From positions 677,587-701,586 of the forward strand of contig NZ_LT838272.1 in NCBI RefSeq assembly GCF_900176005.1: 24,000 bases of DNA, read 5' to 3'. Origin of the DNA: Thermanaeromonas toyohensis ToBE. Its GTDB lineage: Bacteria > Bacillota > DSM-521 > Neomoorellales > Neomoorellaceae. The first letter of the stretch is position 1. The number at the start of each line of letters is the position of its first letter. A program made the translations under genes and the position numbers. Under the pieces are notes generated by a model, which saw nothing but the letters and a program-made list of their open reading frames with translations, did no database searches and had not been told where the DNA came from. This document shows positions 14,742 through 23,143 of the stretch, piece after piece.

Positions 14742-15956
14742 ATGGAGCAATGGAAAAACAACCTCTACACTGCTGTGGCTGTCCAGTTAATGGTTACCGC
14801 TACCTTTCAGATTGTCACCCCTTTTTTGCCCTTTTTTATTTCCGAACTGGGGGTAACGGAGCCTGAAGCCATACAGAGATGGAGCGGTATTTTGGTAGGT
14901 ATCAATGCCCTCTTTACGGGGCTTTTCTCGCCCCTTTGGGGCAGCCTTTCCGACCGCTACGGCCGGAAACCCATGCTCATCCGGTCTGCGGCTAGTATTG
15001 CCCTTTTTACTTTTCTCACCAGCCTGTCTACCAGCGTATACCATGTGCTGCTCTTTCGCATCCTCTTAGGGGCTTTTAGCGGTTTCTCGGCCGCTGCCCT
15101 TTCCCTGATAGGGAGTATGGTTCCGGAAACCCATTTAGGCTACTCTGTAGGCCTGCTTCAGGCCGGCCAGGTGCTAGGCTTTCTCCTGGGACCCCTGCTA
15201 GGAGGCCTGCTCGCGGATATTCTACCTTATCGTCGCGTTTTCCAGTTGGGCAGCCTCCTGGCCACAGCGGCCACTTTTTTAGCCTTCTGGCATATTAAAG
15301 AAAACTTTCGCCCCCTTAAGGCTAAAAGAACCCCCAAATCTTGGCTTTTTCTTACCTTGCGCTGGCCCTCCAGGATATGGATAATGTTTACGGTAATTTT
15401 CTTGTCCCAGTTCGCTACCCGGGGCGTGGAACCTCTTATGCCCCTATATGTGCGGGAACTGGTAGGGGCTTCGCCTGCCCTCAATACCTTGGCGGGGTTA
15501 GCTGTGGCTGTACAGGGCATTTCTTCTGTGCTGGGCGCCACCTGTGTAGGGAGGCTAGCGGCCCAGGTAGGGTATAAAAGACTCCTGCTCCTTAACTTGC
15601 TGGTAGCCAGTAGCCTTTACTTTCCCCAGGCTATGGTGAGGAGCATATGGCTTCTTATGTTTTTACGGTTGGTTCAGGGGTTCTTCCTGGGAGGATTATT
15701 GCCAGCCGCCAATTCCCTCATCGCCCTTTTCACCCCGGTGGAGAAAAGGGGAAGTGTATATGGGCTGACCTCCAGCGCTTTCTTTTTCGGTAATTTCTCC
15801 GGCCCTTTGGTTGCTGGTTTTTTATCCGCCCACTGGGGGCTTAAGGCCATCTTTTATGTAGCCACCGGGTTGTTGCTTCTCAACCTAATGTGGGTAGCTT
15901 TAGAGGTACAGGAACCCAAAGAGGGAGCTAAAGTGATACGCGGCTATAACCTCTAG
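14742..15956 (+). CDS. MFS transporter (DHA1-like, 12 TM)
   Basis: ATG 14742 sits inside track ORF 14526..15956, 10 nt after GGGAG. The upstream extension overlaps the LarA-like gene and is non-hydrophobic. MFS motif A is present as GSLSDRYGRKPML, and the rest is hydrophobic throughout. Confidence 0.85.
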   Translation: MEQWKNNLYTAVAVQLMVTATFQIVTPFLPFFISELGVTEPEAIQRWSGILVGINALFTGLFSPLWGSLSDRYGRKPMLIRSAASIALFTFLTSLSTSVYHVLLFRILLGAFSGFSAAALSLIGSMVPETHLGYSVGLLQAGQVLGFLLGPLLGGLLADILPYRRVFQLGSLLATAATFLAFWHIKENFRPLKAKRTPKSWLFLTLRWPSRIWIMFTVIFLSQFATRGVEPLMPLYVRELVGASPALNTLAGLAVAVQGISSVLGATCVGRLAAQVGYKRLLLLNLLVASSLYFPQAMVRSIWLLMFLRLVQGFFLGGLLPAANSLIALFTPVEKRGSVYGLTSSAFFFGNFSGPLVAGFLSAHWGLKAIFYVATGLLLLNLMWVALEVQEPKEGAKVIRGYNL

Positions 15957-16136
15957 CAAACGTGCTTTAGTGTGGGAACCAGAAGAAGGAGCTAAAGAAG
16001 GCTACTAGATATCATGGGTAGGAAGTTAGAAAAAAGAGGGTAAGAAAGGATAAAGTTCAGGTGTTGTAAAATTAGGACCTGATCTGGGCTTGCGATTTAG
16101 GCTTTTTTACTCATTTTTAGAAAGGGGTTAAGAATT

Positions 16137-17027
16137 ATGGGCAAAATTGGCTTCATAGGACTAGGTATCATGGGAAAACCCATGAGCAAAAATCTTCTTA
16201 AGGCCGGTTATAAATTAGTGGTTTACAACAGAAGCAAGGAGGCCATGGAGGAAGTGGTGGCGGCCGGGGCCGAACCCGCCAACTCCCCCCGGGAAGTAGC
16301 TGAGCGCTGTGAGAAATTTATCACCATGCTGCCTAATTCTCCCCATGTAAAGGAAGTGGTATTGGGACCCAACGGTCTTATCGAAGGAGCCCGACCTGGT
16401 TCCATATTAATCGATATGAGCTCTATAGACCCGCGGGTAACCAAGGAGATAGCCGCTAAGCTGGCTGAAAAAGGTGTGCGCATGCTAGATGCGCCGGTTA
16501 GCGGGAGCGAACCCAAGGCCATCGAAGGCACTCTGGCTATTATGGTGGGTGGGAAGCAGGAGGACTTTGAGGAATGCTATGATATCCTTAAAGCCATGGG
16601 CAGCTCTGTAGTACGGGTGGGAGATATAGGCGCTGGAAACGTGACAAAGCTGGCCAACCAGATCATAGTAGCCCTAAACATTGCTGCTATGTCTGAAGCT
16701 TTGGTGTTGGCCACCAAAGCTGGGGTAGATCCCGAGCTGGTTTATCGGGCCATCCGGGGAGGGCTGGCCGGGAGCATGGTACTCGACATGAAAGCGCCCA
16801 TGGTGATGTCTCGGAACTTTAAACCAGGCTTCCGAATAAATTTGCACATAAAGGACTTGGCTAATGCTTTGTCAGCCGCCCATGAGATGGGGGTTCCTGT
16901 ACCTTTAACTTCATTGGTCATGGAAATCCTTCAGGCCCTAAAGGTGGATGGGCTGGGTGATGCTGACCATAGCGCCATCGTGCGTTTCTATGAAAAGCTC
17001 GCCCAAGTGGAGGTAAGAAAGCAGTAA
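16137..17027 (+). CDS. garR: 2-hydroxy-3-oxopropionate (tartronate semialdehyde) reductase, 3-hydroxyisobutyrate dehydrogenase family
   Basis: KIGFIGLGIMGKPMSKNLLKAGY, TMLPNSPHVKEV, LIDMSSI, MLDAPVSGSEPKAIEGTL, GAGNVTKLANQIIVALNIAAMSEAL and FKPGFRINLHIKDLANAL are near-identical to my memory of E. coli GarR/GlxR. Confidence 0.85.
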   Translation: MGKIGFIGLGIMGKPMSKNLLKAGYKLVVYNRSKEAMEEVVAAGAEPANSPREVAERCEKFITMLPNSPHVKEVVLGPNGLIEGARPGSILIDMSSIDPRVTKEIAAKLAEKGVRMLDAPVSGSEPKAIEGTLAIMVGGKQEDFEECYDILKAMGSSVVRVGDIGAGNVTKLANQIIVALNIAAMSEALVLATKAGVDPELVYRAIRGGLAGSMVLDMKAPMVMSRNFKPGFRINLHIKDLANALSAAHEMGVPVPLTSLVMEILQALKVDGLGDADHSAIVRFYEKLAQVEVRKQ

Positions 17028-17062
17028 GAGTAGCCTTTAGAAAATCCGCCATACAGATACTT

Positions 17063-17105
17063 AGGGTTGGAGACCGGGGGAAAGTGTATCCGGCCCTAAT
17101 TTTTT
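17063..17105 (+). terminator. Possible imperfect intrinsic terminator after garR
   Basis: AGGG[ttggaga]CCGG-loop-CCGGCCCT is followed by AATTTTTT. The stem is interrupted by a 7-nt bulge, so support is weak. Confidence 0.35.
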
Positions 17106-17106
17106 G

Positions 17107-17135
17107 TTGCCGGTCTTTTTCCCACATGTTATGCT
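17107..17135 (+). promoter_or_regulatory. Possible sigma-A promoter TTGCCG-17 nt-TATGCT with TGn extended -10, upstream of the DUF1614-like gene
   Basis: Hexamers lie at 17107-17112 and 17130-17135, with TG at 17127-17128. The SD GGTGAGGGGGAT and ATG 17155 follow. Confidence 0.4.
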
Positions 17136-17154
17136 AGGGTGAGGGGGATTTGGT

Positions 17155-17808
17155 ATGTTTTTTCCCATGTTGTGGCCTCTAATATTTCTTTTTTTATTTA
17201 TCCCCGTGCTGTTGGCTTCCTTTTTCTTGAACCTGGCTGTCTTTTCTTTTGCTAAACTGGGTTTATCTCCTTTGGGGGCTTTGGCTTTACTTTTAGCTTC
17301 TATTGTAGGTAGCCTCATCAATATCCCTATTTCTCGCCGCCGTATTTACCACCAGCCCTGGCCGGAAAATATTTTTTTCTTTTTCTTCTATTATCCCCCA
17401 CGGGTGAATTACCAGCTTATCTGCATCAATGTAGGAGGCGCGGTCATTCCTATACTTTTTTCCCTTTATCTGTTGCTAACCGGCCGGGCGCCCTTAGGTC
17501 CAGCTAGCCTGGCTACCCTGGTAATAACAGTGGTCTCCAAGGCTTTAGCCCGGGTGGTTCCGGGGTTAGGCATTTCTTTGCCCACCTTTATCCCGCCCAT
17601 AATGGCAGCCCTAGCGGCATTACTTGTGGCTCCTCACGATGCTGCACCTGTAGCTTATGTGGCCGGGGCCTTAGGAACTCTTCTCGGGGCTGATATCTTA
17701 AACCTAAGGGCCTTGTCCCGCCTCCAAGCCCAGGTGGTAAGCATCGGTGGCGCCGGAGTTTTTGATGGGATTTTTCTAGTGGCTTTAGCTGCAGCGCTGC
17801 TAAGCTAA
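17155..17808 (+). CDS. Polytopic membrane protein, DUF1614-like
   Basis: The protein is highly hydrophobic and 217 aa long. INVGGAVIPILFS and GALGTLLGADILNL resemble what I recall of DUF1614. The family call is tentative. Confidence 0.6.
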   Translation: MFFPMLWPLIFLFLFIPVLLASFFLNLAVFSFAKLGLSPLGALALLLASIVGSLINIPISRRRIYHQPWPENIFFFFFYYPPRVNYQLICINVGGAVIPILFSLYLLLTGRAPLGPASLATLVITVVSKALARVVPGLGISLPTFIPPIMAALAALLVAPHDAAPVAYVAGALGTLLGADILNLRALSRLQAQVVSIGGAGVFDGIFLVALAAALLS

Positions 17809-17817
17809 TCCCCAAGA

Positions 17818-17841
17818 GACAGGCCAGGTCGGCGGCCTGTC
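17818..17841 (+). terminator. Stem-loop GACAGGCC-aggtcggc-GGCCTGTC after the DUF1614-like gene (no U-tract)
   Basis: Perfect 8-bp stem 10 nt after the stop. It is followed by AGGCGTATATATAAACG, so it is not a classical intrinsic terminator. Confidence 0.3.
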
Positions 17842-17971
17842 AGGCGTATATATAAACGTGAGGATATATGATGTTAGGGTTAGGACTTTTCCACCTTAAA
17901 GTTTCCGGTCACACTCCTGTTCCATTATGTGTATGGTTTATGCGGCAGCACCTCTTAAGGGGTGAAAGGGA

Positions 17972-19402
17972 ATGGACAAAGAGCTAGCAGCGCTGGAAGA
18001 GGCCATAGAAGATATTGCCTCCCTAGCCCGCCGTATGGGGCTGGATTTTTTCCCTGTCTGTTTTGAACTCTGTCCAGCTGATGTAATTTATACTTTTGGG
18101 GCTTATGGCATGCCCACTCGCTTTTCGCACTGGAGCTTCGGCAAGCATTTTCGTCGCTTAAAGATGCAATATGATTACAACTTAAGCCGTATTTATGAGC
18201 TGGTTATTAATTCTGATCCCTGTTATGCCTTTCTTTTGGAGGGGAATTCCCTGGTACAAAATAAATTAGTTATCGCCCATGTGTTCGGCCATAGTGATTT
18301 TTTTAAAAATAACTGCTACTTTAGTTACACTTCCCGGAAAATGGTAGAAACCATGGCTGTACATGCAGCCAAGATGCGGGAATATGAATTCAAATATGGC
18401 CGTCGGGAAGTGGAAATTTTTTTGGATGCAGCCATGGCGGTGCAAGAGCATATCGAACCGTTAGGCCCCTTAAGTAAATTAAACCGAGATGGTGAAGGAG
18501 AGGAGGAAGAGAAAACGGATCGAGAGTCTAATCGAGAGCCTACCAGACAAACACCTTACGATGATCTATGGGCTCTGGATCGGACGCCTGTGAAGCCCAA
18601 ATACCAAGAAAGACCCAAGAAAATACCTCTCCGGCCCTGTAAAGATGTGATAGGCTTCATAATGCGCCACAGTTCTATCCTCGAAGACTGGCAGCGGGAT
18701 ATTTTAGCTATGTTAAGAGAGGAAATGCTTTATTTTTGGCCACAACTTCAAACCAAGATAATGAACGAAGGCTGGGCCACTTACTGGCATGTAAGGATAA
18801 TGCGGGAGCTGGACCTGCCGGACGAAGAGGCGGTGGAATTTGCCCGGCTTAACGCTTTTGTTTTGCAGCCTGCCAAGATGCATATTAATCCCTACTACGT
18901 AGGGCTTAAGATTTTCGAAGATATTGAGCGCCGTTGGGATAATCTTACGGAAGAGGAGGAATATTGCGACCCAGGGCGGAAGAAAGGCCAGGGAAGGGAG
19001 AAAATTTTCGAAGTACGCTCTCTTGAGAACGATGTTTCCTTCCTGCGTAATTACCTCACTAAAGAACTGGTAGAAGAACTCGACCTCTACCTTTATGAAA
19101 GGGTGGGTAACGAATGGGTTGTGGTAGAGAAGGATTGGGAAAAGGTCCGCGACGGTTTGGTTTCCCGTTTGGTTAACTGTGGGTACCCCTATATAGTGGT
19201 GGAAGATGCTGACTACGACCGGCGGGGGGAACTATACCTTAAACACTGCTACGAGGGCCTTGAACTAGACATTCCCTATTTGGAGAAAACCCTGCAGCAT
19301 GTATACCTTCTTTGGGGTCGGCCGGTACATCTGGAGACAGTGGTGGAAGGTAAGAAAACTATCTTTAGCTATGATGGCAAGAAGAACACCCGGCGGAGTT
19401 AA
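17972..19402 (+). CDS. spoVR: Stage V sporulation protein R (SpoVR/YcgB family)
   Basis: GLDFFPVCFELCPADVIYTFGAYGMPTRFSHWSFGK...IYELVINSDPCYAFLLEGNSLVQNKLVIAHVFGHSDFFKNN matches B. subtilis SpoVR almost motif for motif. An AAGGGGTGA SD lies 7 nt upstream. Confidence 0.95.
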   Translation: MDKELAALEEAIEDIASLARRMGLDFFPVCFELCPADVIYTFGAYGMPTRFSHWSFGKHFRRLKMQYDYNLSRIYELVINSDPCYAFLLEGNSLVQNKLVIAHVFGHSDFFKNNCYFSYTSRKMVETMAVHAAKMREYEFKYGRREVEIFLDAAMAVQEHIEPLGPLSKLNRDGEGEEEEKTDRESNREPTRQTPYDDLWALDRTPVKPKYQERPKKIPLRPCKDVIGFIMRHSSILEDWQRDILAMLREEMLYFWPQLQTKIMNEGWATYWHVRIMRELDLPDEEAVEFARLNAFVLQPAKMHINPYYVGLKIFEDIERRWDNLTEEEEYCDPGRKKGQGREKIFEVRSLENDVSFLRNYLTKELVEELDLYLYERVGNEWVVVEKDWEKVRDGLVSRLVNCGYPYIVVEDADYDRRGELYLKHCYEGLELDIPYLEKTLQHVYLLWGRPVHLETVVEGKKTIFSYDGKKNTRRS

Positions 19403-19523
19403 GGCTTAAGTTTCAGGATTTTTGTATGGGAAATATAGTATAGGAGGAAGGAAACCTGGCCTAAGTGTGGAACTACATTAATTACTTTTATGTTTTACTA
19501 CTAGAGCGGAGGGCTAAACTAAA

Positions 19524-20822
19524 GTGTATTGGAACCAGAAATATGAATGCTTGCCACTGGAGAAATTACAGGAGCTACAACTGGAGAGGCTTAAGGCTAC
19601 GGTGGAAAGGGTCTTTTATAACGTGCCCCACTACCGCCGGGCCTTCCAGGAGATAGGACTAGAACCGGGCGACATTCAAAGTCTAGAAGATTTAGCCAAG
19701 CTCCCCTTCACTACCAAAGACGATCTCCGAGAAAATTATCCCTTCGGAATGTTTGCGGTCCCCATGAGCGAAGTGGTGCGTCTTCACTCCTCATCAGGCA
19801 CCACAGGGAAGCCCACCGTTGTGGGCTATACCCGGCGGGATATTGATGTATGGGCTGAGCTCATGGCTCGGGCCTTGGTATGTGGCGGGGCTACTAGGAA
19901 CGATATAATCCATAACGCCTATGGATATGGACTTTTTACCGGCGGACTAGGTATCCATTACGGTGCTGAGCGTCTAGGTGCTTCCGTGATTCCTATCTCA
20001 GGGGGTAATACCAGGCGCCAGGTTATGATTATGAAGGATTTTGGCAGCACCGTCCTTACCTGTACCCCTTCTTACGCCCTGCACATAGCCGAAGTTATGG
20101 AGGAGATGGGGGTAAGCCCTGAAGAGCTCAAACTCCGGTGTGGTATTTTCGGCGCCGAGCCCTGGTCAGAGAATATGCGTAAAGAGATTGAACGTAGGCT
20201 AAAGATAAGCGCTGTGGATATTTATGGACTAAGCGAGGTCATAGGGCCAGGGGTGGCCATTGAATGTCAGGAGAAAAATGGCCTCCATATTTTTGGGGAT
20301 CATTTCCTGGCTGAAGTAATAGATCCCGCCACAGGAGAGGTTTTGCCGCCTGGCCAGATGGGGGAGTTAGTCCTCACCTCTTTAACTAAAGAGGCCTTCC
20401 CCGTAATCAGGTACCGTACGCGGGACATTACCGCTATTTTACCTGGAGAATGCCCGTGTGGCCGTACGGGAGTACGCATAGCCCGTATTACCGGACGTAC
20501 TGATGATATGCTTATTATCCGTGGTGTTAACGTATTTCCTTCTCAGGTGGAAAGTGTACTCCTCCAGATCGGCGGGACGGAGCCTCACTACCAGCTTATT
20601 GTAGATCGCGAAGGGAGTCTTGATACCCTAGAGGTACAGGTGGAGGTTTCCGAAAGCCTCTTTTCTGATAAAGTGCGTGGCTTGGAAGAATTAGAGAGGA
20701 GATTGCGCCTGGAGTTGGAGAGCACCTTGGGAATTAGTGTAAAAGTTACCCTGGTAGAGCCTAAGACTATAGCCCGGAGCGAAGGTAAGGCCAAGCGGGT
20801 CATTGACCGGAGAAAACTGTAA
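19524..20822 (+). CDS. paaK: Phenylacetate-CoA ligase (adenylate-forming, PaaK family)
   Basis: GTG start 10 nt after GCGGAGGG. The N-terminus reads [40 protein letters not shown]. The AMP-binding loop is [10 protein letters not shown], with YGLSE and RTRD also present. At 432 aa the size is typical of PaaK. Confidence 0.88.
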   Translation: MYWNQKYECLPLEKLQELQLERLKATVERVFYNVPHYRRAFQEIGLEPGDIQSLEDLAKLPFTTKDDLRENYPFGMFAVPMSEVVRLHSSSGTTGKPTVVGYTRRDIDVWAELMARALVCGGATRNDIIHNAYGYGLFTGGLGIHYGAERLGASVIPISGGNTRRQVMIMKDFGSTVLTCTPSYALHIAEVMEEMGVSPEELKLRCGIFGAEPWSENMRKEIERRLKISAVDIYGLSEVIGPGVAIECQEKNGLHIFGDHFLAEVIDPATGEVLPPGQMGELVLTSLTKEAFPVIRYRTRDITAILPGECPCGRTGVRIARITGRTDDMLIIRGVNVFPSQVESVLLQIGGTEPHYQLIVDREGSLDTLEVQVEVSESLFSDKVRGLEELERRLRLELESTLGISVKVTLVEPKTIARSEGKAKRVIDRRKL

Positions 20823-20854
20823 GAACAAATATTTTAAGTAGAGGGGGCTAGCCC

Positions 20855-21286
20855 ATGAAGGTTAAACAATTATCGGTGTTTCTAGAGAACAAATCCGGCC
20901 GCCTGGCAGCTGTCACCCGGGTTCTGGCGGCCAGGGGCATTAATATCCGGGCCTTATCTATCGCCGATACCTCTGATTTTGGTATCTTACGCCTTATTGT
21001 TAATGATCCCCAGAGCGCTTACCAAGCCCTTAAAGAAGCAGGATTTACAGTGACCTTAACTGAAGTTATAGGCGTAGAGATGCCTGACCGGCCTGGCGCT
21101 TTAAGTTCTATTTTGGCTCACCTCGAGGAAGCCAAGATCAATATAGAATATTTGTATGCTTTCTTGGGTAAGGGGGATAACGGTGCCCTGGTAATCTTCC
21201 GGGTGGAGGATCTGGATAAGGCCATTGAAGTTCTAACTTCTAAAGGGGTAAAGATTTTAAACGAGGAGAAAATATATTCTCTATAA
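20855..21286 (+). CDS. ACT-domain (amino-acid-binding) protein, tandem ACT
   Basis: QLSVFLENKSGRLAAVTRVLAARGINIRALSIADT and MPDRPGALSSILAHLEEAKINIEYLYAF form two ACT-like beta-alpha-beta units. This is the usual companion of paaK in anaerobes. Confidence 0.8.
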   Translation: MKVKQLSVFLENKSGRLAAVTRVLAARGINIRALSIADTSDFGILRLIVNDPQSAYQALKEAGFTVTLTEVIGVEMPDRPGALSSILAHLEEAKINIEYLYAFLGKGDNGALVIFRVEDLDKAIEVLTSKGVKILNEEKIYSL

Positions 21287-21304
21287 AAGGAGTGAACACA
21301 TCTC

Positions 21305-22405
21305 ATGGATAATCTTGCTCCCCAGTGTCGGGAGGCTATTCTAGAAATAAAGCCTTATGTTCCCGGCAAACCTATAGAAGAGGTCCAACGCGAATTAGGT
21401 ATTCAAGATGTAGTTAAACTTGCTTCTAACGAAAACCCTTTAGGTCCTTCTCCAGAGGCTGTCCTGGCCCTGCGGGAGGCGGTGGAAAAGATCCACTTTT
21501 ACCCTGATGGGACCTGCTATTACTTAAAAGAAGCCCTGGCGGCAAAACTAGGAGTAACCCCGGATAAACTTATCATAGGCAATGGTACTGACGAGATCCT
21601 TAAACTTCTGGCTGAAGCCTTCGTAAACCCTGGTGAGGAGATTGTAGTGGCTGATCCTACTTTTTCGGAATATGAATTTGCAGCCCAGGTTATGGGAGGA
21701 AGGGCTATAAAAGTACCCTGCCGGGATTTCCGCCACGATCTTACAGCTATGGCAGAGGCCATTACCTCCCGGACGCGCTTGGTATTTATATGTAACCCCA
21801 ACAATCCAACGGGGACCATCGTTGAGCAGGATGAGCTGGACGCTTTCCTGGCCAAGGTTCCGACCAATGTTTTGGTAGTTATAGATGAAGCTTACAATGA
21901 ATACGTTACCTCCCCTGCTTATCCCGATAGCCTGGCTTACGTCCGGTCTGGTCGGCCCAACGTTATCGTTTTACGTACTTTTTCAAAAATATATGGGCTG
22001 GCGGGTTTAAGGGTGGGGTATGGGATATCGCAGCCGGAAATAATCCACGCCTTAAACCGGGTGCGGGAACCTTTTAATGTCAATTTCTTAGCCCAGGTAG
22101 CAGCTACGGCTGCTCTAAAAGATGAGATCCACGTGGCCAAAAGCAGGGAAATAAACCGGGAGGGGAAGGAGTTTCTCTACCGGGAGCTAGAAGCCCTGGG
22201 TCTCCAATTTATCCCTACTGAAGCCAACTTTATTTTCGTAGACGTAGGCCGGGACAGCCGGGAAGTATTTAATCGGCTTTTGCGTAAAGGGGTCATTGTA
22301 CGTACAGGGGATATTTTTGGTTACCCCACCTTCTTGCGTATTACTATAGGTACTCCCAGGCAGAATCAAAGGTTGATAGCCTCCCTGCGGGAGGTTCTAT
22401 CTTGA
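21305..22405 (+). CDS. hisC: Histidinol-phosphate/aromatic aminotransferase (class II PLP aminotransferase)
   Basis: KLASNENPLGPSP, NPNNPTG, IDEAY and RTFSKIYGLAGLRVGY (PLP lysine) are classic HisC motifs. Confidence 0.88.
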   Translation: MDNLAPQCREAILEIKPYVPGKPIEEVQRELGIQDVVKLASNENPLGPSPEAVLALREAVEKIHFYPDGTCYYLKEALAAKLGVTPDKLIIGNGTDEILKLLAEAFVNPGEEIVVADPTFSEYEFAAQVMGGRAIKVPCRDFRHDLTAMAEAITSRTRLVFICNPNNPTGTIVEQDELDAFLAKVPTNVLVVIDEAYNEYVTSPAYPDSLAYVRSGRPNVIVLRTFSKIYGLAGLRVGYGISQPEIIHALNRVREPFNVNFLAQVAATAALKDEIHVAKSREINREGKEFLYRELEALGLQFIPTEANFIFVDVGRDSREVFNRLLRKGVIVRTGDIFGYPTFLRITIGTPRQNQRLIASLREVLS

Positions 22406-22432
22406 AAGTAAAGAAGAATTTTAGTAATATAT

Positions 22433-22480
22433 CCCTCCTTTCCCCGATATGAATGAAATAGCAGGGTTAAGAAAGGAGGG
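22433..22480 (+). promoter_or_regulatory. Leader hairpin pairing an anti-SD-like CCCTCCTTTC with the gerM SD GAAAGGAGGG
   Basis: Perfect 10-bp complementarity between 22433-22442 and 22471-22480, with a 28-nt loop. The right arm is the only SD for GTG 22488. Confidence 0.4.
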
Positions 22481-22487
22481 TACTTTT

Positions 22488-23066
22488 GTGTGGCGTATAG
22501 TAGGGCTTCTGGTGGTTATAGTTTTTCTTTTAAGTGGTTGCGGTTTAGCCAAAAACTTAAGCGGAAAAAAGGGATCCCAGATAGAGGTGCAGACCCCTCA
22601 GCAGGGGATAAGCCAACCTGAAAAACCTCAGCTCACAGAGACCCAGGAGACAAGAAAGGTGATCCTTTACTTTAGCGACCCTAGCGGGCAGAAGTTGGTA
22701 GCTGAAGAGAGGGTTATTCCCAAGGTAGAAGGTATAGCTCGGGCTACCATTGAGGAGCTTATTAAGGGCCCTGCACCAGGTTCTAAGTTACTTCCTACTA
22801 TTCCTAAAGGTACAGTACTTAAAGATATAAATATCCGGCCGGATGGGTTAGCCCGGGTGGACTTTAGCAAGGAACTCATAACCAACCATAGCGGGGGTTC
22901 CCTAGGTGAAAGCCTCACCGTGTATTCCATTGTAAATACCCTCACTCAATTTCCTACTGTCAAACAAGTTCAGATCCTGGTGGAGGGCAAAGTAGTAGAT
23001 ACCATTGCTGGCCATGTAGATGTTTCTTCGGCCATGACCAGGAATGAAGCAATAATAAAGAAGTAG
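22488..23066 (+). CDS. gerM: GerM-like (GerMN domain) sporulation/germination lipoprotein
   Basis: GTG 22488 lies 7 nt after AAGGAGGG. The signal peptide WRIVGLLVVIVFLLSGC ends in an LSGC lipobox. The GerMN-like body includes ILYFSDPSGQKLVAEER...ATIEELIKGP...VYSIVNTLTQFPTVKQVQILVEGK. The track's ATG 22449 has no SD. Confidence 0.8.
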   Translation: MWRIVGLLVVIVFLLSGCGLAKNLSGKKGSQIEVQTPQQGISQPEKPQLTETQETRKVILYFSDPSGQKLVAEERVIPKVEGIARATIEELIKGPAPGSKLLPTIPKGTVLKDINIRPDGLARVDFSKELITNHSGGSLGESLTVYSIVNTLTQFPTVKQVQILVEGKVVDTIAGHVDVSSAMTRNEAIIKK

Positions 23067-23096
23067 GTTGTTTAAAAGATAGGAGAGCTATCCTTG

Positions 23097-23143
23097 AGGT
23101 CTGGGCCTTTGAAAGGTTTGGCTCAGATCTTTATTTATTATTT
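23097..23143 (+). terminator. Rho-independent terminator after gerM
   Basis: AGGTCTGGGCC (23097-23107) pairs with GGCTCAGATCT (23120-23130). The stem is 11 bp and includes two G-U pairs, so it is specific to the + strand. TTATTTATTATTT follows. Confidence 0.6.

Noticed and set aside
16020-16075. Polypurine-rich tract (GGTAGGAAGTTAGAAAAAAGAGGGTAAGAAAGGATAAAG) in the MFS-garR spacer, containing a 9-codon ORF.
   Set aside because: It has no repeat structure, no pairing partner and no recognisable motif. It is most simply a low-complexity spacer containing garR promoter elements that I cannot define.
22449-22487. ATG 22449 as the gerM start.
   Set aside because: It is preceded by a pyrimidine-rich CCCTCCTTTCC stretch with no SD, and it would put the strong AAGGAGGG inside the coding sequence. 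GTG 22488 yields a normal lipoprotein signal peptide.
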